From the NCBI GenBank assembly GCA_965221735.1, contig OZ244910.1:1753760-1817759 (forward strand): 64,000 nt of DNA, given 5' to 3'. Source of the DNA: Tepidiformaceae bacterium. Its GTDB lineage: Bacteria; Chloroflexota; Dehalococcoidia; Tepidiformales; Tepidiformaceae. The first letter of the stretch is position 1; each line of letters begins with the position of its first letter. The notes under the pieces are model-generated. The model worked only from the letters and a program-made list of their open reading frames with translations, was not told the DNA's origin and ran no database searches. This document shows, one piece after another, positions 1 to 8,241 of this stretch. A program made the translations under genes and the position numbers.

Positions 1-595
1 TTGAACGTCGAGCAGACGGCCGATCAGCAGTGGCCTACCGTCGAGCCCGGGGATCAGTTCTCCCTCTTGCGCTGATCCGTCCGAAGGGGCGTCAGGCGAA
101 CCTGACTCCATTGCGGTGCTCCTATCCGGCTACGAGTGGAAATTCTTTACCTGCTGTCCTGAATCGTACCGGAAAGCAGGACCATGGCTTGTATGCGTCC
201 CTACGGTGGAACACCAGCGCACCGCGATAGATTTGGGGCGTTCCTGGTAACTATGGCCATGGATCTGGAAGTGGTTCCCGTGTCACACGCATCCTCCCGG
301 CCGGGATGCCGTGAGGAAAGCGGGCGCAACGGGGCGGGGGAGGAGACGCGGCGGTCGCGCCGTGCGCTACTATTCCGTACACGATGGAGTCTCCCGAACG
401 CCGGTACGGACGCGCCGGATACGGGCAGTGGCGCCACAAGAGCGCGGGAGGTAGAAGCACCGTTGTGGACCAGCCCCGACGGAAGCGAGGAACCGAATCA
501 GGGGAAGCACGCCCTGATCTCGCGCGGAACAGCGGTCCACAGACCCACGACGACAGTTCGAGGCGCCGCGCCACGCGCACAACGCATCCGGGATC

Positions 596-3098
596 ATGAA
601 CCGATTTCTTGACTCGATGAGCAGGGTGGTCACGGCCCGGCCCTATCTCACGATAGCCGTGCTCGTCGTCATCACGATCGTGCTGGGCGCAGGCGTGACG
701 CTACGCGCCGAGCTCGACGAGACGGACGGGTACTTCCCCCGCGACAGCGCCGTCGCCAGGGCGCTGGATGAGATCGATCAGCTCTTCGGGGAGTCGGGCG
801 AGATCAGCATCGTCACGCTGCTCTTCCGGGGAGAGGCCCTGACCCCTGAGGGACTCTCGCAGATGTCCGGACTGCTCGATGAGATTGCAGGCGACCCCGA
901 GCTGGCGGCGCTCCTGACGCCGACCGCTCCGATCGCCGCGCCCTCACTGTTCATCGGGGCCGCGCTCCAGACGGACAGCTTCGAGTCGCTCTCGCAGGAA
1001 CAGGCTCGACGCCGTGCGCGGCGTTCCCGAGGTCCAGGCCGCTCTCGCGGCGATGACGGGAACCGACAGCGACGGCACACCGGTGGCGATCGCCACGCTG
1101 CGCCTTCGAGACACCGGGGACGGGCGAATAGCGGACGCGGAACGCCAGGTGTACGACCTCGCGGCCGGCGCCGACGGCCCCCTGCGCGTGAGCAGTGTGT
1201 CGAAGGCGGTGATCGAGGATGAGTATCAGCGGTCGTACCGGGAGGACATCACCCCGCTGATTGGGGCAGCCTTCGTGCTGATCGCGGGCCTGATATTCCT
1301 CCTGCTGCGGTCGCCATCCGACCTGGTGCTCTCGCTGGCAGGCCTGTTGATGGCCATCGTGTGGATCGTCGGCACGGAGGGCTGGTTGGGGCCGAACGGG
1401 CTGGGCCTCCTGGGACGGCCGAGCGGGATATCGGTGATTATCCCGATAGTCATCATCAGTCTCACGGTGGACTACGCCATTCAGGTGGCGCTGCACTACC
1501 GGGAAGCGCGAGCCAACGACACGTCGGTGCGAGCAGCCTGCGGGACAGGGCTGCGAACGGTGACCGTTCCGGTCGGCCTGGCGGCGCTCACCACGATCGC
1601 CAGCTTCATGGTCGGGTTGTTCTCCCCCATCCCCGCGATCGGCGACTTCGGCGTCGTAGCCGGAGTGGGCGTTGGGATGAGCATGATCGTGATGCTGACG
1701 CTCTTGCCGGCTGGCCGGCTCATCATCGACCGGCGGCACGAGTCGCGCGGCCGGCTGGCTCCGCCCCGGTCGGTCTCCAAGGGGTTGCCGGGCATCGAGC
1801 GCGGTGCGGAGCTGCTGGGGAGAAGTGTCGCTCGCACGCCCGCGTTCTATCTCGTCGTCATCCTGCTGGTGTCGATCGGTCTCGGCATCGCCTCCACGCG
1901 AATCGAGTCCAGGTTCAGCGTGCTGGACATTCTGCCCCGGGGCGGGAGTGTCACGAATGACCTCGAGACGCTGAATGCCGCCGTGGGCGGTTCACCGGAA
2001 CTGGCCAACGTGCTCGTTCACGCGGAGGCCACGGAGACCCACACACTTGTGAGCCTGCACGCGCTGACGGCCGCCTTCCTGGACGAGGGGCAACGACCGC
2101 AGGCTGCGGCGGGACCGATTCTGGCGTCGTTCGAGCTCCTCGCGCAGGACTGGACGAATGACAGCGGCGAGCCCGGGGACAACTACGACCCGGAACTGGC
2201 CGCGCTCTTCGAGGAAGCCACGGCGGGGGTGCGTTTCGACCCAGCGTTGATACAGGAGTTCCTGGAGAAGCTGGCGGCGCGGGAGCCTGCCATCTCGAGC
2301 TTGATCGTCAACGATCCAGACGGCATCGATGCCATCCTCCTCCAGTTTCCAACCTTCACGAACGACCCGGACAAGACGAAGGTCCTGCAGGAGGAAGTCG
2401 AGCGGATCTGGTTCGGCGAAGACGACGCCATCACGGTGACTTCCGAGAGCGTGACCTCCGTGACGTTGACGGAGGAAATGACGAGCAGTCAGACAGAAGC
2501 GATCATCACCGCGGTTGCCGCGGCTCTCGGCATCCTGTTCGTGTTCTACTGGATCACCCTTCGGCAGCCCCTGCTGGCCTTCATCGCCATCGGCCCGATC
2601 GTTCTCGTCCTGTTCTGGATCATCGGCACGATGGCCCTGCTGGGGATTCCCTACACCCTCGTAACGGCGACCATTACCGCGCTCTCTGTCGGAATCGGGG
2701 TGGATTACACGATCCACATCATCCATCGATACCGGGAGGAGTTCGCCCGCATCCGCGACCCCGAAATCTCGGCGGTCTACACCCTGAAGACGACCGGTTC
2801 CGCCCTCCTGGGTTCCGCTCTCACCACGGGTCTTGGGATAGGGATGTTGATCTTCTCGCCGGTGCCTGCGCTGCAACAGTTCGGCATCACGGCGGTGATT
2901 GCGATTGCCTATTCCCTGATAGTCTCCATGGTGCTGGTGCCACCGGCGATGACGCTCTGGGGCGCGTACCAGGACATGCGGCTACGTTCGGCGGCGCAGG
3001 ACTGGTCGAGTGAGCTCCGTGATCTCGACGACGCCATCGAGGCGATACACCGGCGCCACGCCGAGCAAGAAGGGGGTTCTTCCGGCCATGCTCCCTAG
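596..3098 (+). pseudogene. MMPL/RND-superfamily membrane transporter with an apparent +1 frameshift near 1004
   Basis: The N-terminal ~135 codons (MNRFLDSMSRVVTARPYLTIAVLVV..., TM1 plus an extracytoplasmic loop) read in the frame of 596. The rest reads in the frame of 1014 and has two TM bundles, each followed by an MMPL-type motif (TVDYAIQVALHYREA and GVDYTIHIIHRYREE). Removing one G at caGGct (about 1003-1004) joins the frames as ...SLSQEQ|LDAVRGVPEVQAAL... Confidence 0.7.
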
Positions 3099-3173
3099 CG
3101 ACAAACAGCTGACCGTCTCCCCGCATGCGGCGCCATCCCGGGCTTCCGGGCCCGTTGCAAGGACCTTCCCGGC

Positions 3174-5192
3174 ATGACAAACCCAGCCGAAGCGAACAGC
3201 GCCACGCTCTCCCTGCCCGAGGAGCTGCTGCTGATGCTCCTCAACGAGGAGAGCGGGTACTTCCACCACGTGCCGGGGTGGACCCTGAACTGCACCCTCA
3301 TCGGCGCCGTGCTGGCGGAGCTTGCCTTCCGGTACCGCATCGACTCCGACCTCGAGTCCCTGTTCATCGTCGACGACACACCAACCGGCATTGCCACGCT
3401 GGACCCCTTCCTGGCGGAAATCGCCGGGGAGCCGGAGCAACACGGCACGGAATACTGGATCGAGCGGCTCGCTCCGCGTGCGGAGGGAATCATCGACCTG
3501 GTGCTCGGCAACCTGGTTGAACGGGAGATCCTGCGCCATCACGAGGGCGATTTCTGGACCCTGTCGCGCTCGGTCTGGCAAGCGCAGTCCGACCGCCAGG
3601 ACGGGATAGCGGGCGACTTCGTGAAAACGCGCATCCCGACGATCATCCTGTCGGATGCGATTCCCGCCCCGCGCGACGTCATCACCATCGCGCTCCTGAA
3701 CGCCTGCAACGTGCTGCACTATCTCATGCCCTTCGACGAGGAGGCCGAGCAGCGCGTCGATGTCATCTGCCGGGTCGACATCATCGGCCGGTCCATCGCC
3801 GATGCGGTGAGCAGCAACATCGCCAGGCCGCAACTGCATTCGGCCCTCACCAAGGAGATACCGCGCCTTTCACTGCGCAAGCTGCTGTTCAATCCCCACC
3901 TGCGCTCCGGCAACCTCGCGGCGCTCTTTGCCGACCTCGCGAGGGAATACGGCCCGGTGTTCGAACTGCGCCCGCCGTTCGCAAAGGAGCCGTACATCTT
4001 CCTCGCAGGCCCGGAAATCAACCGCTGGGTGCAGAAGCATGGCCGCTTGTTCCTGCGCTCCAAGGAGTACCTGGCCAGCACCGAGGCGGCCCATGGCAGC
4101 TCCCGGACCATCCACAGCATGGACGGGGCCGATCACTTCCGTTTTCGCAAGGCGTTGCAGCCCTCACACGCACCGGAAACCTTCACCCGCCGGATCGACG
4201 AGGTCTATCGCATCGCACGGCAGCAGGCGTCGTCGTGGAAGGTGGGCGACATCGCTCCCGCCGAGTCCTTGTTCCGGCGGTACCTGAACGCGCAGATGTC
4301 CCCGCTCCTGATAAGCCTCGACACCCAGGACGAGTTTGAGGACATCTTCCTGTTCAACCGACGCCTGCTCTTCACCTACCTCACGGGGATCGTTCCCAAG
4401 TTCCTGTTGAACACACCGGGCATGAGGCGCAGCGCCAGGGTCGTCGCCGACCTGGCCGAACGGATCAGGACCAGCCACACCCCGGCCCAGCGGGCCGGCC
4501 AGCCCCCGGACGTCATCGACGGCTACCTCTCCGTCCATGCCAACGACGAGCAGTTTCTGCCCGAGACCGACCTCGGCTTCCCGCTCAACGCATTGACGCT
4601 GACGGGCCAGTACCTCGGGGATCTGACCAGCTTTATCTTCTACCACCTGGCGTCGAATCCCGACATCTACAGGCGCGTGCAGGCCGAAGCCGACGCACTG
4701 TTCGCCAACGGCGACCCCACCGGCGAAGACCTGACGCCGGCCAACCTCGACGTCACGCATCGCGTGCTGCTGGAGGCCCTGCGGCTGACGCCCAATGTCA
4801 ATCTCTCCATGCGCCACGTGATGAACTCGTGCGTGGTCGAGGGTTATCAACTGCCCTTGCGCGCGCCTGTCGTCATCGCCCAGACCGCTCCCCACTACAT
4901 GGAGGAAGTGTTTCCGGACCCCCTCACGTTCGACATCGACCGCTACCGGCCGCCGCGCAACGAGCACCTCACCCCGGGGTTTGCGCCTTTTGGCCTGGGC
5001 ACGCACCGGTGCATGGGCAGCCAGTGGGCCGAGAAGCAGGTCGCCCTCAACGTGATCTTGCTGGCGCACCACTTCACGTTCGAGCTGTCGCCACCGGACA
5101 CCGAGCTGCGCACCAGCCCCTTCCCGACGCAGTCGCTCAGCAACAAGATCAAGCTCGTCATCAAGGAAAAGCGGCACGAACTGCCCGCCTGA
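3174..5192 (+). CDS. GPP34/GOLPH3-like domain fused to a cytochrome P450
   Basis: 672 aa. Residues ~12-225 (LSLPEELLLMLLNEESGYFHHVPGW...) look like the GPP34 family. Residues ~240-672 are a P450, with ExxR (LLEALRL) and the heme-thiolate loop FAPFGLGTHRCMGSQWA. Confidence 0.75.
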   Translation: MTNPAEANSATLSLPEELLLMLLNEESGYFHHVPGWTLNCTLIGAVLAELAFRYRIDSDLESLFIVDDTPTGIATLDPFLAEIAGEPEQHGTEYWIERLAPRAEGIIDLVLGNLVEREILRHHEGDFWTLSRSVWQAQSDRQDGIAGDFVKTRIPTIILSDAIPAPRDVITIALLNACNVLHYLMPFDEEAEQRVDVICRVDIIGRSIADAVSSNIARPQLHSALTKEIPRLSLRKLLFNPHLRSGNLAALFADLAREYGPVFELRPPFAKEPYIFLAGPEINRWVQKHGRLFLRSKEYLASTEAAHGSSRTIHSMDGADHFRFRKALQPSHAPETFTRRIDEVYRIARQQASSWKVGDIAPAESLFRRYLNAQMSPLLISLDTQDEFEDIFLFNRRLLFTYLTGIVPKFLLNTPGMRRSARVVADLAERIRTSHTPAQRAGQPPDVIDGYLSVHANDEQFLPETDLGFPLNALTLTGQYLGDLTSFIFYHLASNPDIYRRVQAEADALFANGDPTGEDLTPANLDVTHRVLLEALRLTPNVNLSMRHVMNSCVVEGYQLPLRAPVVIAQTAPHYMEEVFPDPLTFDIDRYRPPRNEHLTPGFAPFGLGTHRCMGSQWAEKQVALNVILLAHHFTFELSPPDTELRTSPFPTQSLSNKIKLVIKEKRHELPA

Positions 5193-5202
5193 GAGTCAGC
5201 GG

Positions 5203-5230
5203 CGGACGGTGGCCAGCAGACCACCGTCCG
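5203..5230. terminator. Perfect 10-bp hairpin between the P450 stop and the tRNA-Asn 3' end (possible bidirectional terminator)
   Basis: cggacggtgg / ccagcaga / ccaccgtccg. No clear U-tract. Confidence 0.4.
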
Positions 5231-5282
5231 GGCCTGTCTCCATCGCGCGCCGAGGCGGGGGCAGGGTTCCCGATGGCGGGGG

Positions 5283-5357
5283 TGGCTCCCCGGCGAGGAT
5301 TCGAACCTCGAACCTAGCGGTTAACAGCCGCTCGCTCTACCGTTGAGCTACCGGGGA
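5283..5357 (-). tRNA. tRNA-Asn (anticodon GTT), CCA encoded
   Basis: The reverse complement folds as a 75-nt cloverleaf: TCCCCGG TA GCTC AACGGTA GAGC G AGCGG CTGTTAA CCGCT AGGTT CGAGG TTCGAAT CCTCG CCGGGGA G CCA. Confidence 0.95.
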
Positions 5358-5458
5358 ACGGGCTCCCAGTTTCCGGCGGGGCGGGGGAACGGGCAACAGG
5401 CGAAGCCCTCCCGATTGGCCCGACCAGCCCTTATCGGCGGCTCTGCTACAGTGGCTTC

Positions 5459-6799
5459 ATGGCCAGGATTCACACGGGTCTCCAACCCCTTCCCTGGCCC
5501 CGACGAATCTGGCGGTTCTGCCTCGTCGCCTGGAACTTCGTCGTCCTCTACCTGGGCTACAAGCGCATCCAGAAGACGCCCGGTCTGAGCGAGGCGGAGC
5601 GCAAGGCGCGCTACCGCGAGCAGCACCGCGCGACGGGCGAGCGGCTCTACCGGCTGGCGATCCGGATGCAGGGCCTGCTGATCAAGTCGTGCCAGTTCCT
5701 GAGCAGTCGGGCGGACGTGGCGCCGCCGGAGCTGGTGGCGGTGCTGAGCCGTCTGCAGGACTCGGTGCCGCCACGGTCGTACGAGGAGATCGCGGGGCAG
5801 GTGCGGCGGGAGCTGGGGGCAGCGCCGGAGGAGGCGTTCGCGAGCTTCGAGCGCGAGCCGATCGCGGCGGCATCGCTGGCGCAGGTGCATCGGGCGGTGA
5901 CGCACGAGGGTCGCGAGGTGGCGGTGAAGGTGCAGTACCCGGGCATCTCGCGGGTGGTGGAGACGGACCTCCGCAGCATCAGCATGCTCATCGAGATCCT
6001 GGCGCGCATCGAGCGGCGGTGGGACTTCCGCATGCTGATCGCGGAGATCGCGGACTACACGCCGCGGGAGCTGGACTTCGTCGCGGAGGGGCGGAGCGCA
6101 GAGCGGGTGGCGCGGGAGCTGTCGCACCGGCCGGACGTGCGCGTCCCGGAGATCGTCTGGGAGCACACGGCACAGCGGGTGCTGACGATGGAGTACATCG
6201 ACGGCATCAAGATCTCGGCGACGGACGAGCTGGTGGCGGCGGGGATCGACCCGGACGTGGTGGCCCGGATCATGATGGAGGCGTACTGCGAGCAGATCCT
6301 CGTGAACGGCTTCTTCCACGCCGACCCGCACCCGGGGAACCTGCTGGTGCTGCCGGGTCCGGTGGTGGTGTTCCTCGACTTCGGGATGAGCAAGCACCTG
6401 CCGGACGACTTCCGCAAGACGTACAACCGCTTCACGCTGGCGGTGCTCAGCCAGAACGACGCGGGCATGCTCAAGGGGTTCCAGGACCTCGGGTTCCGGA
6501 CGCGTTATGACGACCCGGAGATGCTGGTGGCGCTGGGGCGCTCGTTCTTCGAGTCGGCGGGGCCCGAGCAGCGTCCCTACGCCGATGCCGAGGTGATCGG
6601 CGAGGTGAACGAGCGGCTCGCGAGGCTGCTGTCGGAGAACCCGGTGACGGAGATGCCTCCCGACATCCTGCTGATCCTGCGGGTGCTGGGCCTGATGAGC
6701 GGCCTGCAGAAGCGGCTCGACAGCACGGTGGACGTGGCGGAGACGATCACGCCCTTCGCGGAGGCGCAGATCGCGGGCGAGGCGGCGGCCGGAAGCTAG
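5459..6799 (+). CDS. ABC1/UbiB-family atypical protein kinase
   Basis: 446 aa. Typical ABC1 block: FASFEREPIAAASLAQVHRAVTHEGREVAVKVQYPGI ... FFHADPHPGNLLV. Confidence 0.85.
   Translation: MARIHTGLQPLPWPRRIWRFCLVAWNFVVLYLGYKRIQKTPGLSEAERKARYREQHRATGERLYRLAIRMQGLLIKSCQFLSSRADVAPPELVAVLSRLQDSVPPRSYEEIAGQVRRELGAAPEEAFASFEREPIAAASLAQVHRAVTHEGREVAVKVQYPGISRVVETDLRSISMLIEILARIERRWDFRMLIAEIADYTPRELDFVAEGRSAERVARELSHRPDVRVPEIVWEHTAQRVLTMEYIDGIKISATDELVAAGIDPDVVARIMMEAYCEQILVNGFFHADPHPGNLLVLPGPVVVFLDFGMSKHLPDDFRKTYNRFTLAVLSQNDAGMLKGFQDLGFRTRYDDPEMLVALGRSFFESAGPEQRPYADAEVIGEVNERLARLLSENPVTEMPPDILLILRVLGLMSGLQKRLDSTVDVAETITPFAEAQIAGEAAAGS
6776..6799 (+). repeat. Direct repeat, left copy (3' end of the ABC1 kinase CDS including the stop)
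   Basis: 23/24 identity with 7511-7534. Confidence 0.85.
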
Positions 6800-6909
6800 G
6801 GGGCTGAGCAGCTATTGGTTAGCTGCCTACTCAGATATGCTAGATTAGCGTGTCTATTCGGTAGAATGGGAGGGATGGGGCGATTGTCCCCGCGGGAGGA
6901 GGAAGCACA

Positions 6910-7485
6910 GTGACTGAACTGATCATGGCGTCGTTCATTGGAACCTCGCTAGCGCTTCTGCTGGCGTATTTCACCAAGCTCGCGAAGAACGGCGCGTGGA
7001 CAGTGTTTCGGAGAGCAAGGTCTCAGTGGCTCGCCTTCAGGGGAGAGCGGCGGCGCAAGCGGAGGATGAAGTGGGTCAGGGAGCAGCAGTTTCACATGAC
7101 TCACCTTGCCCATCTTGCGAATACAGCGGAGGACTATCGACTACGGCACCCCGATTGCTGGACTCACCCCATGTGGCACGCGTTTTGGGGTGCTACTCGT
7201 GAACTCGGGGAAAGGAACATCACGGAGGAGCTGCACTACCCAGGCTCCGATACTCATGTCCAGTTGGTGTCAGGACGCGACTTCGGATTGAGGATGCGAG
7301 GGGGAACAGGCGAAGACAGTTGGCACGTCGAGCACCACGCCGCAGGCGACACATGCGGCGGAGGCTCCGGCAATGCACCGGAGTACTGTGTCTGCGGTCA
7401 GCACTACTACGACCACAACCCCTTCCACTGGTCCAGCACGTGCCTTGGTCCGTTTCTCCCCCAGGCAGGTACCATCGCAGCCTAG
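6910..7485 (+). CDS. Orphan hypothetical protein with an N-terminal TM helix and a Cys/His-rich C-terminus
   Basis: 191 aa with a GTG start 7 nt after GGAGGAGG. N-terminus IMASFIGTSLALLLAYF. Basic stretch RGERRRKRRMKW. C-terminus HVEHHAAGDTCGGGSGNAPEYCVCGQHYYDHNPFHWSSTC. No family recognised. Codon composition differs from the neighbouring genes. Confidence 0.5.
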   Translation: MTELIMASFIGTSLALLLAYFTKLAKNGAWTVFRRARSQWLAFRGERRRKRRMKWVREQQFHMTHLAHLANTAEDYRLRHPDCWTHPMWHAFWGATRELGERNITEELHYPGSDTHVQLVSGRDFGLRMRGGTGEDSWHVEHHAAGDTCGGGSGNAPEYCVCGQHYYDHNPFHWSSTCLGPFLPQAGTIAA

Positions 7486-7510
7486 CGGCGGGCCCGCCTT
7501 GCCACCGAAA

Positions 7511-7534
7511 GGCGAGGCGGCGGCGGGAAGCTAG
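7511..7534 (+). repeat. Direct repeat, right copy
   Basis: Reads KGEAAAGS-stop in frame, the same peptide end as the kinase gene. Confidence 0.85.
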
Positions 7535-7581
7535 ACGCTTCTCGCTAGCGTTATACGGGGACATTCGCTAGTCTTGGTTAG

Positions 7582-7614
7582 CCCTTTAAGGCGGTCCCGA
7601 GAGGCTGCCAAGGG
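7582..7614 (+). promoter_or_regulatory. PyrR-binding hairpin in the pyr leader
   Basis: CCCUU-uaa-GGCGG-[UCCCGAGAGG]-CUGCC-AAGGG. The terminal loop matches the conserved PyrR recognition loop (UCC.GAGAGG). The 3' arm overlaps the GGAGG at 7613-7617. Confidence 0.7.
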
Positions 7615-7627
7615 AGGAGGCGCCGCC

Positions 7628-7690
7628 ATGAGCGGCTGGCCCTGCGCAGGCCCGAACACCCCCCACCTGACCAGGTCGTTTCCGCGATGA
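7628..7690 (+). CDS. Possible 20-codon leader ORF translationally coupled to pyrR
   Basis: ATG 8 nt after GGAGGAGG. Peptide [20 protein letters not shown]. Its TGA overlaps the pyrR ATG (ATGA at 7687-7690). Confidence 0.35.
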   Translation: MSGWPCAGPNTPHLTRSFPR

Positions 7691-8241
7691 GTCCCGTTGA
7701 GCTGCAGCGGGGCCAGGAAGTCGCGCGCACGATCCGGCGGCTCGCGCACGAGATCGTCGAGAGCAACGGCGGCGCGGAGAACCTCGTGCTGGTCGGATTG
7801 CTGACGCGGGGCGCGCCGCTGGCGGGGCGGCTGGCCTCGGCGATCGAGGCGTTCGAGGGGGCGTGCCCGCCGGTGGGGCGGCTGGACGTGGGGCTGTACC
7901 GCGACGACGTGGCGCAACGCGACCCGCCTCCTCCCGTACGGCCCAGCGACATCCCCCTCGGGGTCGACGGCGCGACGGTGGTGCTCGTCGACGACGTGCT
8001 CTTCACGGGGCGCACGATCCGGGCGGCGATGGACGCAATCATGGACTTCGGGCGGCCGGCGCGGGTGCGCCTGGCGGTGATGGTGGACCGCGGCCACCGC
8101 GAGCTGCCGATTCGCCCCGACTTCGTTGGCCGCAACATTCCGACGGCGCCCTCGCAAACGGTCGAGGTGCGGCTGGCGGAAACCGACGGCGAGGACGCGA
8201 TCTACCTGATGGAGGGAGCCGACAGTCATGGTGAGCATTGA
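7687..8241 (+). CDS. pyrR: Bifunctional pyrimidine operon regulator / uracil phosphoribosyltransferase PyrR
   Basis: 184 aa. PRPP loop [16 protein letters not shown], then [18 protein letters not shown]. Confidence 0.93.
   Translation: MSPVELQRGQEVARTIRRLAHEIVESNGGAENLVLVGLLTRGAPLAGRLASAIEAFEGACPPVGRLDVGLYRDDVAQRDPPPPVRPSDIPLGVDGATVVLVDDVLFTGRTIRAAMDAIMDFGRPARVRLAVMVDRGHRELPIRPDFVGRNIPTAPSQTVEVRLAETDGEDAIYLMEGADSHGEH

Larger units (their letters stand above)
6776..7534. mobile_element. ~735-bp lower-GC insertion bounded by 24-nt direct repeats, candidate non-autonomous cassette in the 3' end of the ABC1 kinase gene
   Basis: The left repeat at 6776-6799 (ggcgaggcggcggcCggaagctag) is the last 8 codons plus TAG of the kinase gene. 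The right repeat at 7511-7534 (ggcgaggcggcggcGggaagctag) is 23/24 identical. The interior is visibly less GC-rich and carries one orphan ORF. No recombinase gene is present. Confidence 0.45.

Noticed and set aside
1-75. Possible 3' end of a + strand CDS (...NVEQTADQQWPTVEPGDQFSLLR-stop).
   Set aside because: Only 24 codons are visible, too short to support a call.
140-190. SRP-RNA-like string UUUACC...ACCGGAAAGCAGGAC.
   Set aside because: The GGAA tetraloop is not closed by the conserved pairs, and the symmetric-loop motifs of SRP domain IV are absent.
310-330. GAGGAAAGCGGGCGC, resembling the RNase P CR-I motif GAGGAAAGUCCGGGC.
   Set aside because: It lacks the UCC, and none of the other conserved RNase P regions are found nearby.
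6815-6823. 9-mer TTGGTTAGC, repeated at 7574-7582.
   Set aside because: A single 9-mer recurrence in 64 kb is near chance expectation. It is mentioned only as a possible extension of the 24-nt repeat finding.
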